From Trichoplax sp. H2 (lineage: Eukaryota): 35,458 bases of DNA. The stretch's first letter is position 1. Every line of letters starts with the position of its first letter. The stretch covers positions 868,001-903,458 of the forward strand of contig NOWV01000015.1 of assembly GCA_003344405.1 (NCBI GenBank), given 5' to 3'. Made by a program: the position numbers and the translations under genes. The notes under the pieces are model-generated. The model made no database searches, was not told where the DNA came from, and saw only the letters and a program-made list of their open reading frames with translations. This document shows positions 23,625-34,511 of the stretch, piece by piece.

Positions 23625-25580
23625 ATGGATTTAACTTTCGGTATAAAAATTAAGCTGGCATTCAATATTTCAAGAACTATTTTGATACTAATACTAATAC
23701 TAGAAATCTTCCTATTATACTATCTATACGATTATAAATCTTACAAGTTTTCTAGTCTAAAAAGATTTATTCAAAATGCAAGTATAAAAATCTCTCGAAG
23801 CAAAGAATGGAAAGATAAATCACCTGATATAAGATCTGTAAATTTAACTTGTCAACTACGCAATTCTAAAACTCCTAATATTAACTACGATAAATATCTG
23901 TATCATTATCGATGGGAAAATTTACAAGATTGCATCTCCGAGATTGATGATATGAGACAACTAGCATCATTTCCGAACAGACCAACTTCTTGCCAGCTTG
24001 TTAATCTAACCCAGTGGTCTAATACAATGGAGTTGTATGGAGAGAGAATATTTGGTCTCATAAGGCCACCTAAAACTGCTTATTATCAGTTTAATGTTAT
24101 TACTACCGGAGAAGCTGAGTTATGGTTAAGTAATAGCTCACATCCAGCCCAGTTAAGGCGTATCATTAGCATTAAGCATCAAGATGATAGTAGACGTGAG
24201 TTAATTTCTACTTCAGTTCCTCTACAGGAAAATCGATCCTACTTGGTTGAATTTTTGCATGCAAATATCGCTATGAGAGGATATGCTGCAATCCAATGGC
24301 GATATTTCGATGGAGCTACTCGTACTCGATTTGAATTCCTCGATAAGCGCTACCTTCGCTTACCATCGTCTCCAATCTATCATAGCAATAGCAGAAGCCA
24401 CCAAATCTATAGGATAAATATTGGCTATCAAGAAGTTCGAAAATTAAATATAACAGTGGCAAATAATAATTATACAACATACACACAGCCATTACTTGAT
24501 GCAGCAATGACACGCAATCTACTACCTAAATGTCATTATGTGGTGCCATCTTATATTAGCCATCATAGAAAACCAGTAAAAGACTGGGAAGGGGATTATC
24601 TTGCACGAGGTATCGTTAGGCATCGATTTTACGGCCGACTAGACTTTATTAGTTTAAATGGCGATAAGGTTCAACGGTGTAGTCCTCAACTGAATAAAGC
24701 GAAAGCCTTGTCCATCGTTAATCGGTATATGCAAGCATTGGATAGAGCATCGAATCGCACTTATAAATTAATTAAAATTATTGAGGTAGAAGAGAAAATA
24801 AATGATGGTCAAGGAAAACGTTATTATATTGAGTTATTACTGAAACGTTATGATTCTCACCTGTTATGGCGTGTATCTGATTACCTCTATTTGTCTAATC
24901 AAAATTCTCAATTATGTAAATTAATAGACATGGAATGGCATCAACGTATTCATGTTTATGTCGTTATTATTGTTCAACAGCAAGGCCAATGGATTAAGTA
25001 CTTTCTTAATCAAGTTAATCGATATTATATTCAGAGTCATGATGAGTATTTCAGTATTATTATAGTCGATTTCGGTAGTACAGATATTAATATTCGCGAT
25101 GAACTCGATCGTAGTCCATTAAAGAAGTTTAAAATAATTCAACTCGGTAAGAAATATCCTAAATTTATTAAAACGATTGGGTTAAATACCGCAATCGAGG
25201 CAATCGATGATCCCAACAGTATTATATTAATATTCGATTTACATTTTAACTTTCCTATGGACATACTTGATAATGCTAGAAAGAGATGTTTTAAGGGTAA
25301 AACCGCTTATACACCTATCATACTACGATTAAATTGTTATGCGACACCAAGTCATCCTAACGGATTCCGAGAAATTTTTGGCTATGGTATATTAGCCATG
25401 TATAAATATGATTTTAAACGTACTGGTGGTTACGATAGTGTTAATTATCGAGAGCAATGGGGAGGCGAAGATGTTCAGATGGTTAATTCTATTTTTACTC
25501 ATAATTTAGATGTAGAACGAGTTTGCCATCCTACTTTATATCATCATTACCATCGTTCTCTACCATGGAAGCTTGTGTAG
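23625..25580 (+). CDS. G5: beta-1,4-N-acetylgalactosaminyltransferase 3/4-like, motifs intact; closest to G4 and head-to-head with it
   Basis: 651-aa ORF with TM anchor, PA14 YGERIFGLIRPPKTAYYQF (near-identical to G4), and VDFGS, FIKTIG, FDLHFNFP, WGGED (25458-25472), YHHYH. Confidence 0.93.
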   Translation: MDLTFGIKIKLAFNISRTILILILILEIFLLYYLYDYKSYKFSSLKRFIQNASIKISRSKEWKDKSPDIRSVNLTCQLRNSKTPNINYDKYLYHYRWENLQDCISEIDDMRQLASFPNRPTSCQLVNLTQWSNTMELYGERIFGLIRPPKTAYYQFNVITTGEAELWLSNSSHPAQLRRIISIKHQDDSRRELISTSVPLQENRSYLVEFLHANIAMRGYAAIQWRYFDGATRTRFEFLDKRYLRLPSSPIYHSNSRSHQIYRINIGYQEVRKLNITVANNNYTTYTQPLLDAAMTRNLLPKCHYVVPSYISHHRKPVKDWEGDYLARGIVRHRFYGRLDFISLNGDKVQRCSPQLNKAKALSIVNRYMQALDRASNRTYKLIKIIEVEEKINDGQGKRYYIELLLKRYDSHLLWRVSDYLYLSNQNSQLCKLIDMEWHQRIHVYVVIIVQQQGQWIKYFLNQVNRYYIQSHDEYFSIIIVDFGSTDINIRDELDRSPLKKFKIIQLGKKYPKFIKTIGLNTAIEAIDDPNSIILIFDLHFNFPMDILDNARKRCFKGKTAYTPIILRLNCYATPSHPNGFREIFGYGILAMYKYDFKRTGGYDSVNYREQWGGEDVQMVNSIFTHNLDVERVCHPTLYHHYHRSLPWKLV

Positions 25581-26952
25581 ATAAATTACTGAGTTACTTA
25601 GCAAGGAAAGAATTGTAATGGAAACATTACAACGATAGAGTACGGCGTGTAGAACAGAATTCTTACATCGTAAAAGACTAGTTTATTACTCTTTATCAGA
25701 ATTACGTATATATCTAGTTATAGATACTAAACTTATAGTACTGGATTACATACGAGTAAGTTCATTCAAGTTTTCTTCGCTCTAATACTCCTGAAACGTA
25801 TAGCTTACATGGTATGTTTAAAATAAAACATTATTAAAGGGTAAAAATTATTCTCGAATGTTGCCATGATAGTTAGATTAACATCCCGATATTCTACTAT
25901 CTTCTAGATAAAGATAGCGATTTAATTTTACTGTGCTGGAACTTCTATAATAAAATGTCTCCAATTAGACGTTACTATTTTCCTAGAATCCTGTCGTAAC
26001 TAATAGGCGGACAATATTATCCTGTATTTTCTTAGTATAGATCTATAACTGTACTAATTCTAATACAGCATCTTATATGAAAATTATAGAACGCCTTAAA
26101 CTTAACTTTACTGGTCTTGAATATTGTCATAACTGATACTTTTAATAGAAAATTATATTGCTTCTATATTTATTTATTAACGATTTTGACGCGTGAATCG
26201 GGTATAAATTATACTTGATATGTTATTTTTCTATTTTTAGTTTATCCGATAAGATCATATAATCGTCATATTGTAACTACGGCGTAGCTGTAAACTATGC
26301 ATTGTGTATTTAATCTATAGATGGTCAATATTCGAATATTATTTTGTCTGCATAAATAGCAGTAGCGTTTTGGTCGATATTCTTTCAAATGCTAAGACCA
26401 ATCTATTGTAAATTGATTAAGAAACTAATCAGGGTGCTTTCATATAAATATATTCGAAGATGCAAAGGTCTTTATTAACTCTACTTCTCTGTTATATGGA
26501 AGCAAACATTATAATTATCAAACAATTGCCAATAAAATATGGTTAAACTTAGTTACACTTAGTTAGTTAGATAAGGAATTAACAAAAACAAAATGAAGGA
26601 GATTTTATCTCGAATAATCTATCTTTCTCTTATCCAAAAAGGAATAGATTTAATTTTAAAATTCTAAAAATTAATCAGCAATGGTATTGTAGTCTTTAAG
26701 GAAGTCAGGCAGATTCAATCACGTAATATATTTAAAAATAAGCTTATTTTTAATATACGAATACGCATAAGCCTATCATGTAGCATTTCTATCGGAGTAC
26801 ACAACTTTACCATTCGATAGTGCATAGATTAAGGATAGATTATTTAGGAACGGATATAGGACCTGATATATTTACATTCTTACTGGTTCGATTTTATAGT
26901 AGTATGAATAATCTACATTAGCATAAATACGTGTAAAGTAAATTGTATGGTA

Positions 26953-28941
26953 TCATGCTTGAATTTCTTTTATTATTTTAGGTTCATTAACATCTTTGTT
27001 TTCTTCCTCTTCTTCTGCTATAACTTTCTTCCAAGGTAGTCGACGATGATAATAATGAAAGAAATATGGATGGAGAAGTCTTTCAATTTCTAATGAATTA
27101 GATATCGTACGATCTGCTATATCAGAATCTTCACCACCCCATTCAAATTGATACCTTTTATCATCCATGCCACCGATATTAACGTAATCCGATTTATAAA
27201 ATGCAGCTATACCGAATCCCCATATTTCAGGATAGCCATTCGGATTTCTTGGTGCAAAGCCACAACCTAATCTTGTTACAATCGGAAAATATGCTGCTTT
27301 TCCTTGCTTACATCGTTTCCTAACATTATCTAACATATCGACTGGAAACGTAAGATGTAAATCATACATTAATAGGATAGCATCATCGTTACGAATCCAT
27401 GTAGCTGCACTATTGATTGCTGCAGTTTTAGAAAATTGAAAGTTTTCAGTTTTAATGTTCATGTAATGGTGTTTTAGCGAGCTTGACTTCAATAACGCTG
27501 GAATGTCAACATCAGTACTATTAAAATCGGTGATAATAAGGGTAAAATGGTCATCATGAGTTTGCTTGTAGTAACGACTTAATTGATTAATAAGATAGCG
27601 TATCCATTCTCCTTGTTGTTTAATTGGAACTATGACATAGACTGGAGTCTTTGGATCCCATGATAAATCTGTCAAATGGCATAATTTAGCTTTTTTAAAT
27701 GACATTGGTTCTGTACTTCGTTGAAAATATTCCGAAACACGATATAATTTATTTTCTGTCGTATCCATTAAGACAGCTTCAAATAGAAAACGACTGCCAC
27801 GTTTTCCATCTACTTTTTCTTCGATATTATGTACTTTAACTAATTCGAAGCGACTCTTAGATCTCTTCTTTAAAACTTTCATAAATGCTTTCGTTAGACT
27901 GTGAGCTACTTTACTGGGTAAGATAGCGTTTGTAGTTACCAAGTTATCACGATAAAATATCCTATAGTTAAAATGGCCATAAGCACGATGAATAATACGT
28001 TGAAGATAGAATGGTGCGGTATACGATTTAATGGCTTTACCCGGTTGTAAGACATAACTTGGAGGTTTATATCTACATTTCGACTTAATATCATCGAGAT
28101 ATTTCTGATCCAACATAGGTAACAAGTGGAATTTCTTAGCAAATGGGACATTTTCTTTTTGCTTCTTATACCATATTTGTAGGCCATGACCAGCTTTACG
28201 AAAACGTTGAACAATATAACCGGGCATGTTGTAGATGTAATTTTTTGTTAAGGACAAATATTGGCTACTAATAATTGTATACTGTGAATTTCGTCGTTGG
28301 CTTTTCTTCCAAGCAACCTGAACAAATCCTTTCTTCTCCGCTTGTGCATGTAATACTTCAATAGAATACTTTTTATTCGCTTCTAAATAGATGTGGATAG
28401 ATTCTTGATTTTTAACTAGTTGAAATTGATTAGGTTTAATTTTTTGCCATGGTTCAACAAAGGCGATTTTTTTCATCTTTTCAGGGCTACTATCAGGACT
28501 TAACCATAATTCAGCGATATCGTCGGCTGCGATAGCGAATTTATAAAATGCACTTTTCGGCGGATGTATATAACCGAAGAGGCGTTGGCCATAATTTTCT
28601 GTGTCTTCAAACAGTTCTAACGAATCAACACTACGACATTTTGTGGGATTGTGCGGAAATAAACTAACTTCTCTCATATCGTCCAAATCATTGATACAAT
28701 ATTTAAAATTAGTCCATTGATATAAGCAGATTTTTTTATCTGTTGTCGTTATGTTTCCCTTAGAATCGCGGTCGCAACGACATTGAACTTCGTATTGGGT
28801 TGCAGGAGCTTTTTTAATCTTTGTATGAGATCGTTGAAATAACCAATACGTACTTACAACGGATAAAATCAAGACTAGAATGATGATAAATTGAATAACA
28901 GCTATAGTCTGCCATTTGCTTAGTTTCTTTAGATTAATCAT
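26953..28941 (-). CDS. G6: beta-1,4-N-acetylgalactosaminyltransferase 3/4-like, most canonical paralog
   Basis: 662-aa ORF with TM anchor, PA14 NYGQRLFGYIHPP..YKFAIAADDIAELWLS (Asp-Asp retained), and TDFNS, FSKTAA, YDLHLTFP, WGGED, FHYYH. Acidic C-terminal tail. Confidence 0.94.
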   Translation of the reverse strand: MINLKKLSKWQTIAVIQFIIILVLILSVVSTYWLFQRSHTKIKKAPATQYEVQCRCDRDSKGNITTTDKKICLYQWTNFKYCINDLDDMREVSLFPHNPTKCRSVDSLELFEDTENYGQRLFGYIHPPKSAFYKFAIAADDIAELWLSPDSSPEKMKKIAFVEPWQKIKPNQFQLVKNQESIHIYLEANKKYSIEVLHAQAEKKGFVQVAWKKSQRRNSQYTIISSQYLSLTKNYIYNMPGYIVQRFRKAGHGLQIWYKKQKENVPFAKKFHLLPMLDQKYLDDIKSKCRYKPPSYVLQPGKAIKSYTAPFYLQRIIHRAYGHFNYRIFYRDNLVTTNAILPSKVAHSLTKAFMKVLKKRSKSRFELVKVHNIEEKVDGKRGSRFLFEAVLMDTTENKLYRVSEYFQRSTEPMSFKKAKLCHLTDLSWDPKTPVYVIVPIKQQGEWIRYLINQLSRYYKQTHDDHFTLIITDFNSTDVDIPALLKSSSLKHHYMNIKTENFQFSKTAAINSAATWIRNDDAILLMYDLHLTFPVDMLDNVRKRCKQGKAAYFPIVTRLGCGFAPRNPNGYPEIWGFGIAAFYKSDYVNIGGMDDKRYQFEWGGEDSDIADRTISNSLEIERLLHPYFFHYYHRRLPWKKVIAEEEEENKDVNEPKIIKEIQA

Positions 28942-29214
28942 TGTAGTTAATGATAAAATGTTTTTACTTTTTTAATAGCAATCGTTAGACCCAACATAAA
29001 GAAGGAGTTAAAATTATAATTTTTTTTATCCCTGGAGGATACTTTTTTCCAAAAGATGAATATAAATGTAGAATATTTCCTATGCTCGTATCTGTGGAGA
29101 GAGATTTAAAATATATCAATAAAAGTTAACGCAGTTACTAGAATTCATTCATTTTAATTTAACATCGTCCTGATCTATTTAAGTTAAAAGCAGTATGATT
29201 GGCATTCAACCAAA

Positions 29215-29508
29215 TCAATATTGTAGTTGATGTTAGGAGTGCTGTAGTAGATTGCTAATATTGAATCAGAGATAATGAATTGGATAGTTTTAGATTAATC
29301 TATCAGTTGGCTCTTAATGCTCGATGCATTGGCTAATTGATATCAAGGATAAAAAAATGTACAGTTCGGTAGCAAGTTCACTTGATTTATTTGTTAGTAT
29401 ATTTGAATAAACGATCGGATCGACGATGAGATAAAGTATTAGGATGGTCTTAAAAATAGTAGCGAAAAGTAGCATTTTGACTGATTTTAAGCGATTCGAA
29501 GCTACCAC
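29215..29508 (-). pseudogene. Possible ancient relic of the N-terminus of a G5-like paralog
   Basis: Minus strand gives hydrophobic IFKTILILYLI (G5: ISRTILILILI) and, ~208 nt downstream in another frame, TPNINYN (G5: TPNINYD, 195 nt downstream). The sequence between does not align clearly. Confidence 0.33.
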
Positions 29509-32039
29509 GTAAAATTTATATTAAAGACATTTGGATTTAGTTGATGGGGAAGATTCAATTTTACGATTAGTTCGATTTACTGAAGCAGCTGGTTACTAAA
29601 GGTGTGTGATGATTACAATAAAACCAGTTATCCATTTTATCGGTGTATAACGTTAAGAGAAAATTTAGTTTATCCTAAATGGACAGAAAAGTATCTGAAT
29701 ACTGTTACCGTACGGTGGAGAACTGATTTGGAAAAAAAATGAAGGAGGGATTGAAGTCGATTCGTTTCTCGTCGTATCTTATAGATTTTTAATGAAACAA
29801 ATAGGTCACACCAAGGTGATACTGGTTGAGTTGTATACTTGAAACAGATTATTTTCTTTACTTTTGAAAATGGAAAAAAGAACTTACCTCGCTTTATTAC
29901 TTGGAAAAATAAATTAACTGCGCTGTTCCGGTTAAGACCAAAGCATACTAATGAAATCAAGTTAAGAAAGCATTGATTACTGATTAGACTATTTTACAAA
30001 TAAAGGTGAACAGGACGGAAAAATTTGTAAAAGGTGGCTAAAATTGATTATTGAAACTTGTTGAACAAAATGTTCCTTTATCAATTATTGTCATTCTTTT
30101 AGTTTAATGAACCCAGACAATTAATCTCTTTACGTCAATGGCGACCATTCCTTATTGTAAGGTTTTATTTGGCTATTAATAGGAACTGTTTAACTTAAGA
30201 GTTATCCATGTCGCAAGCTATTCTAATGGAAATTAGCTCGCATGAATGAAGAAAAACTAATTAATTATACTGTAAAGTTTTCGCGACTGTGTTTTAGGAT
30301 AGGTAGATACTGTAGTTTGTACCATTAGCATCTAAATATTGATGATCACATATAGCTGCTAGAATGAGAATCTTTCATAAAATTACTACAATAATGATGT
30401 GGTTTCTTAATCCCCTCGACAACAACAAAAAATTCACAACTTAATTAGAGCAAACTTCGATCTATCTTATGATTAAATGAGCTTAATGTATTTGCTAGGT
30501 GGTAAAATTAATGATTGTTCGTAGCCGATGATTGATTGTTAGTAAAAACTGGTTGTCAAGCTTTAAATGATGAGAATGAATTGGAAAAGCGAATATAATA
30601 AATAGGATTTTTTATTGATCAGCATATTTAACAACCGGAGCATTGTTGTAAAGGTTATTCGATTATTTCTATTAAACTTTTTCGGAAAGGGATTTAGTAT
30701 TATTCCTAAAGAAATAAAATATTTGTCTATTTAGTTATGATATTGCTTTGATCTTTTATGTCTTAGTATAAAAGGGGGATACTCTGTTATTGCAGGAGGT
30801 ATGGCTACATGAATTACTATCAATTAGATGGCTTCATATTATTGATAACAATTTTATATCCTTTTTAAATTAGTTGACCAGTTGTAAAAGTAAATTTCCG
30901 TCAAGGCTGAAGCTATGGCAAATGCAATATTTTTGCAAATCATGTTGTTTCTGATATAAATTGACGATTGATTAATGAATGATGATACTAATTCAAATGA
31001 AGAGTAGCAAATTATTATTATTACTGTATTATCTTCTGGACTGTAAGTTTATAAAATATATACTCGTATATTGAATTGTCCTACAATTATGGTAGATTGA
31101 ATACTCGTCCATTAAGATCAGAAAGGGGAGGGATAGTACTATAAATAATATTATGCTGGCAATTTAATAGCTGAATGATTGATCTAGACTGAATACTGGT
31201 CTATTAAAGTCTAGAAAGAGGTGGAAGAAGTTGTTTGTCTACTTTATTGTACTTATGAAATAATTTCTGTAGCAATTGTGGAATATACAGTAGATGAATC
31301 CCGAAAATTGGCTAATGTCGAATGATAGAATTATGTTTTTTACCTATATTCATATCATTCTTTGTAATAGAAACGATACTTCTATGATATAATTTTCACC
31401 CTTAGAATCTGCGCGACTGTTGTTAAAATCGAGACTTTTTATCGTAACTAAATGAATAAAATTTATGGACTATAATTTTGTGGCTCTAATATCTCTTTTA
31501 ACCAGTCAAATAATACATTAATATAATGGCAAGGTTCTACTTAACGTTATTACAAATGTCATGTTCATAGTATTTGGAAATACCAGCTTTTACAAACTTC
31601 ACTTCTATCATTCAAGTTATCTTCCTATTCCATATAAGCTCACGAAGCGTGATTCGTATTTAACGATAATGATTTAATTAATACCAAACCGTCAACAACG
31701 TGACGGGTTTTTTGGACTAGTTAAAATAATGTACAAGTACTTGAAAGATTTACTTGGGTCTACTTTAGGGTTGACCAAAAGATAAACGAGTATCCTATCC
31801 TGATATCTTCTCTAGGAAAGGAAGTGAGGATTGTAACTGTTTATATTATCATTGTTTTAGTAAAGGGTGCTAAGAGCAGCTTATATCCCCTACGTAAGGT
31901 GCAGGACTTGATTACAAGTTTTTGTTCGATTTTACACTTCCATAGTGGGAAATTACACTAAGATTTGTGAGAACACACTATAGAAGTGAAAAATCCTTTA
32001 TTCGTATTTCCAAAATGTGTAAAACAGATCTACAGAACC

Positions 32040-32308
32040 TTTATCATTTGGATCGATATTGCAAGGGCAATCATTCAAGCTATTAATCTTGTGATTATTG
32101 GCATTCTTCTGATTATTATTATTTCGTATTGTTAACAACCCCTATTGATTTGGCTATTTTCTAGTGCTAGATCATTAATCGTTTCAGATTGTACACTTGA
32201 TCGAGACATTAAGAAAAATAAGTTCCGCTAGTAGATTAATAAAATATCGAAATCAAGCACAGCGGCTAGTTTTAATAATAAAATAAATTTAATCACCGTA
32301 CGTCTCAT
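32040..32308 (-). pseudogene. Truncated 5' fragment of a G2 duplicate
   Basis: Aligns to 9757-10011. Translates MRRTVIKFILLLKLAAVLDFDILLIY* (G2 MKRTVIKFILLLQLAAVIDFAILLIYQ) with CAG>TAG at 32228-32230. Homology stops at ~32040 (CPCNIDPNDK region). Confidence 0.9.
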
Positions 32309-32833
32309 CTTGCCGAATCGGATGAATAAGGATTGTAGATTAACTTATTTGTTATTTCTCCAATTGTTTATATTGGAAGTGCTTTCCTAGTTAGAAATTA
32401 AACCATCGACAAAACAGTCGATCTCCTGCTCGTCTAATGCTACTAATCTACAATCAAATGGAATAGACGCAAACTAGGTGAAATCAGCTGTCCTTGCTTA
32501 ATTCGATGATTAATCTGATTACCCTATCAAAATATTACCTGTATCAATAATTAATAGCAGGAGACTATTGCGCAGCCATTACAGATTATTACCACTAAAT
32601 CAGCTCGATCCAATAGGTAATGACAGTTTTAAAATGACCGGGGTAGCAGATTCATGACAGTCGAGATAAACTCCACGATAATTTCAATATGATACTGAAT
32701 AGTCGTCGCTATGGAAAAGTTGCATGATTCTCATTCAAATGGATGTTATTGCTACTTGATCGAGCTTTGCTTCAATATCGATTGCTTTTATCGCCGCTAA
32801 AATTAGATAGTATTGATTTATCGAACTGTTGAT
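32309..32833. repeat. Diverged duplicate of the G2 upstream region (~10012-10447)
   Basis: Colinear blocks taaggattgtagatt, aaccatcga..aacagtcgatctcc, gtccttgct.aattcgat, and near-identical gtcgtcgctatggaaaagttgcatgattctcatt..aatggatgttatt.ctacttgatcgag (32702-32764 vs 10332-10394). Confidence 0.85.
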
Positions 32834-32873
32834 AGATATCAAGCTCACCTTGCGACGTCAACTCATTTAGTAG

Positions 32874-34511
32874 ATGGATTTAACTTTCGGTATAAAAATT
32901 AAGCTAGCATTCAATATTTCAATAACTATTTTGATTTTGATAATAATACTAGAAATCTTTCTATTATACTATCTGCGCGATTATAAATCTTACAAGCTTT
33001 CTAGTCTAAAAAGATTCATTCAAAATGTAAGCATAAAAATATCTCGAAGTAAAGAATGGAGAGTGATTCGTACTTCTAATCGTACTGCAATATTTGACAG
33101 CTACTTGATGTAACGTAACACTATCTATACTAATCATATTATTTTATGGTGTACTGTGAGTAATGTAGACTATAAAAGGGCTTGTTGACGAATGCTACGT
33201 GGAATTGTAATTATAGAGGTAGACAGATCTACATCAGTGATTTGGAGTAATAAAGATCTCCACTCTTAGGATGAAAAGGGAGTTTATGTTTACCTATGAG
33301 GACAACCTAACCTCCCTGATATATCCACTGATTGTAACAAAGAGATAAATCATATGATGTAAAATCTGTAAATTTAACCTATCAATTACGTAATCCTAAA
33401 ACTCCTAATATCAAGTACGACAAAATATCTATATCATTAAAATTATCGATGGAGATTGATGATATATATGAGATAACTAGCATCATTTCCGAACAATCAA
33501 CCTTTTACCAGCTTGTTAAATGGCGATACAGCTCGAAGGTGTAGTCCTCAACTGAATAAAGCGAAAGCCTTGGCTATCGTTAATCGGTATATAGATACAT
33601 ACCATATATACCGATACATGCTCGCAAAAAAAACGTTTTCAAACAGCGAATAATAAGGTATACAAAAATTGGATAGAGCATCGAATCGCACTTATAAATT
33701 AATTAAAATTATTGAGGTAGAAGAGAAAATAAATGATGGTCAAGGAAAACGTTATTATATTGAGTTATTACTGAAACGTTATGATTCTCACCTGTTATGG
33801 CGTGTATCTGATTACCTCTATTTGTCTAATCAAAATTCTCAATTATGTAAATTAATAGACATGGAATGGCATCAACGTATTCATGTTTATGTCGTTATTA
33901 TTGTTCAACAGCAAGGCCAATGGATTAAGTACTTTCTCAATCAAGTTAGTCGATATTATATTCAGAGTCATGATGAGTATTTCAGTATTATTATAGTCGA
34001 TTTCGGTAGTACAGATATTAACATTCGCGATGAACTCGATCGTAGTCCATTAAAGAAGTTTAAAATAATTCAACTCGGTAAGAAATATCCTAAATTTATT
34101 AAAACGATTGGGTTAAATACCGCAATCGAGGCAATCGATGATCCCAACAGTATTATATTAATATTCGATTTACATTTTAACTTTCCTATGGACATACTTG
34201 ATAATGCTAGAAAGAGATGTTTTAAGGGTAAAACCGCTTATACACCTATCATACTACGATTAAATTGTTATGCGACACCAAGTCATCCTAACGGATTCCG
34301 AGAAATTTTTGGCTATGGTATATTAGCCATGTATAAATATGATTTCAAACGTACTGGTGGTTACGATAGTGTTAATTATCGAGAGCAATGGGGAGGCGAA
34401 GATGTTCAGATGGTTAATTCTATTTTTACTCATAATTTAGATGTAGAACGAGTTTGCCATCCTACTTTATATCATCATTACCATCGTTCTCTACCATGGA
34501 AGCTTGTGTAG
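32874..34511 (+). pseudogene. Disrupted duplicate of G5 (G7-psi)
   Basis: 32850-33059 matches the G5 start. Lesions: ~280-bp insertion after 33063, frameshifts in 33420-33500, 653-bp deletion at 33516-33519, ~75-bp filler at 33593-33667. 33669-34511 is near-identical to 24738-25580 (offset 8931). Confidence 0.92.
33064..33339 (+). mobile_element. Solo-LTR-like insertion in G7-psi
   Basis: Absent from G5 at the homologous site. Begins TG and ends GTAACA; flanked by gAGAG (33059-33063) and aAGAG (33340-33344). Internal TATAAAAGGG (33171-33180) followed by AATAAA (33249-33254). Confidence 0.55.

Noticed and set aside
24316-29960. ORFs 24316-24513, 27936-28214, 29670-29960
   Set aside because: Antisense or alternative frames of G5/G6, or chance ORFs.
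31093-31221. ~36-bp diverged direct repeat (tagattgaatactcgtccattaa / tagactgaatactggtctattaa)
   Set aside because: Real but tiny local duplication with no evident function.
31684-31715. Hairpin plus T-run resembling a Rho-independent terminator
   Set aside because: Eukaryotic DNA, short stem, no upstream gene.
32874-34511. ORFs 32874-33113 and 33669-34511 as two exons or two independent genes
   Set aside because: The intervening sequence is frameshifted G5 homology plus insertions, not an intron; the 33669 start is an internal TTG.
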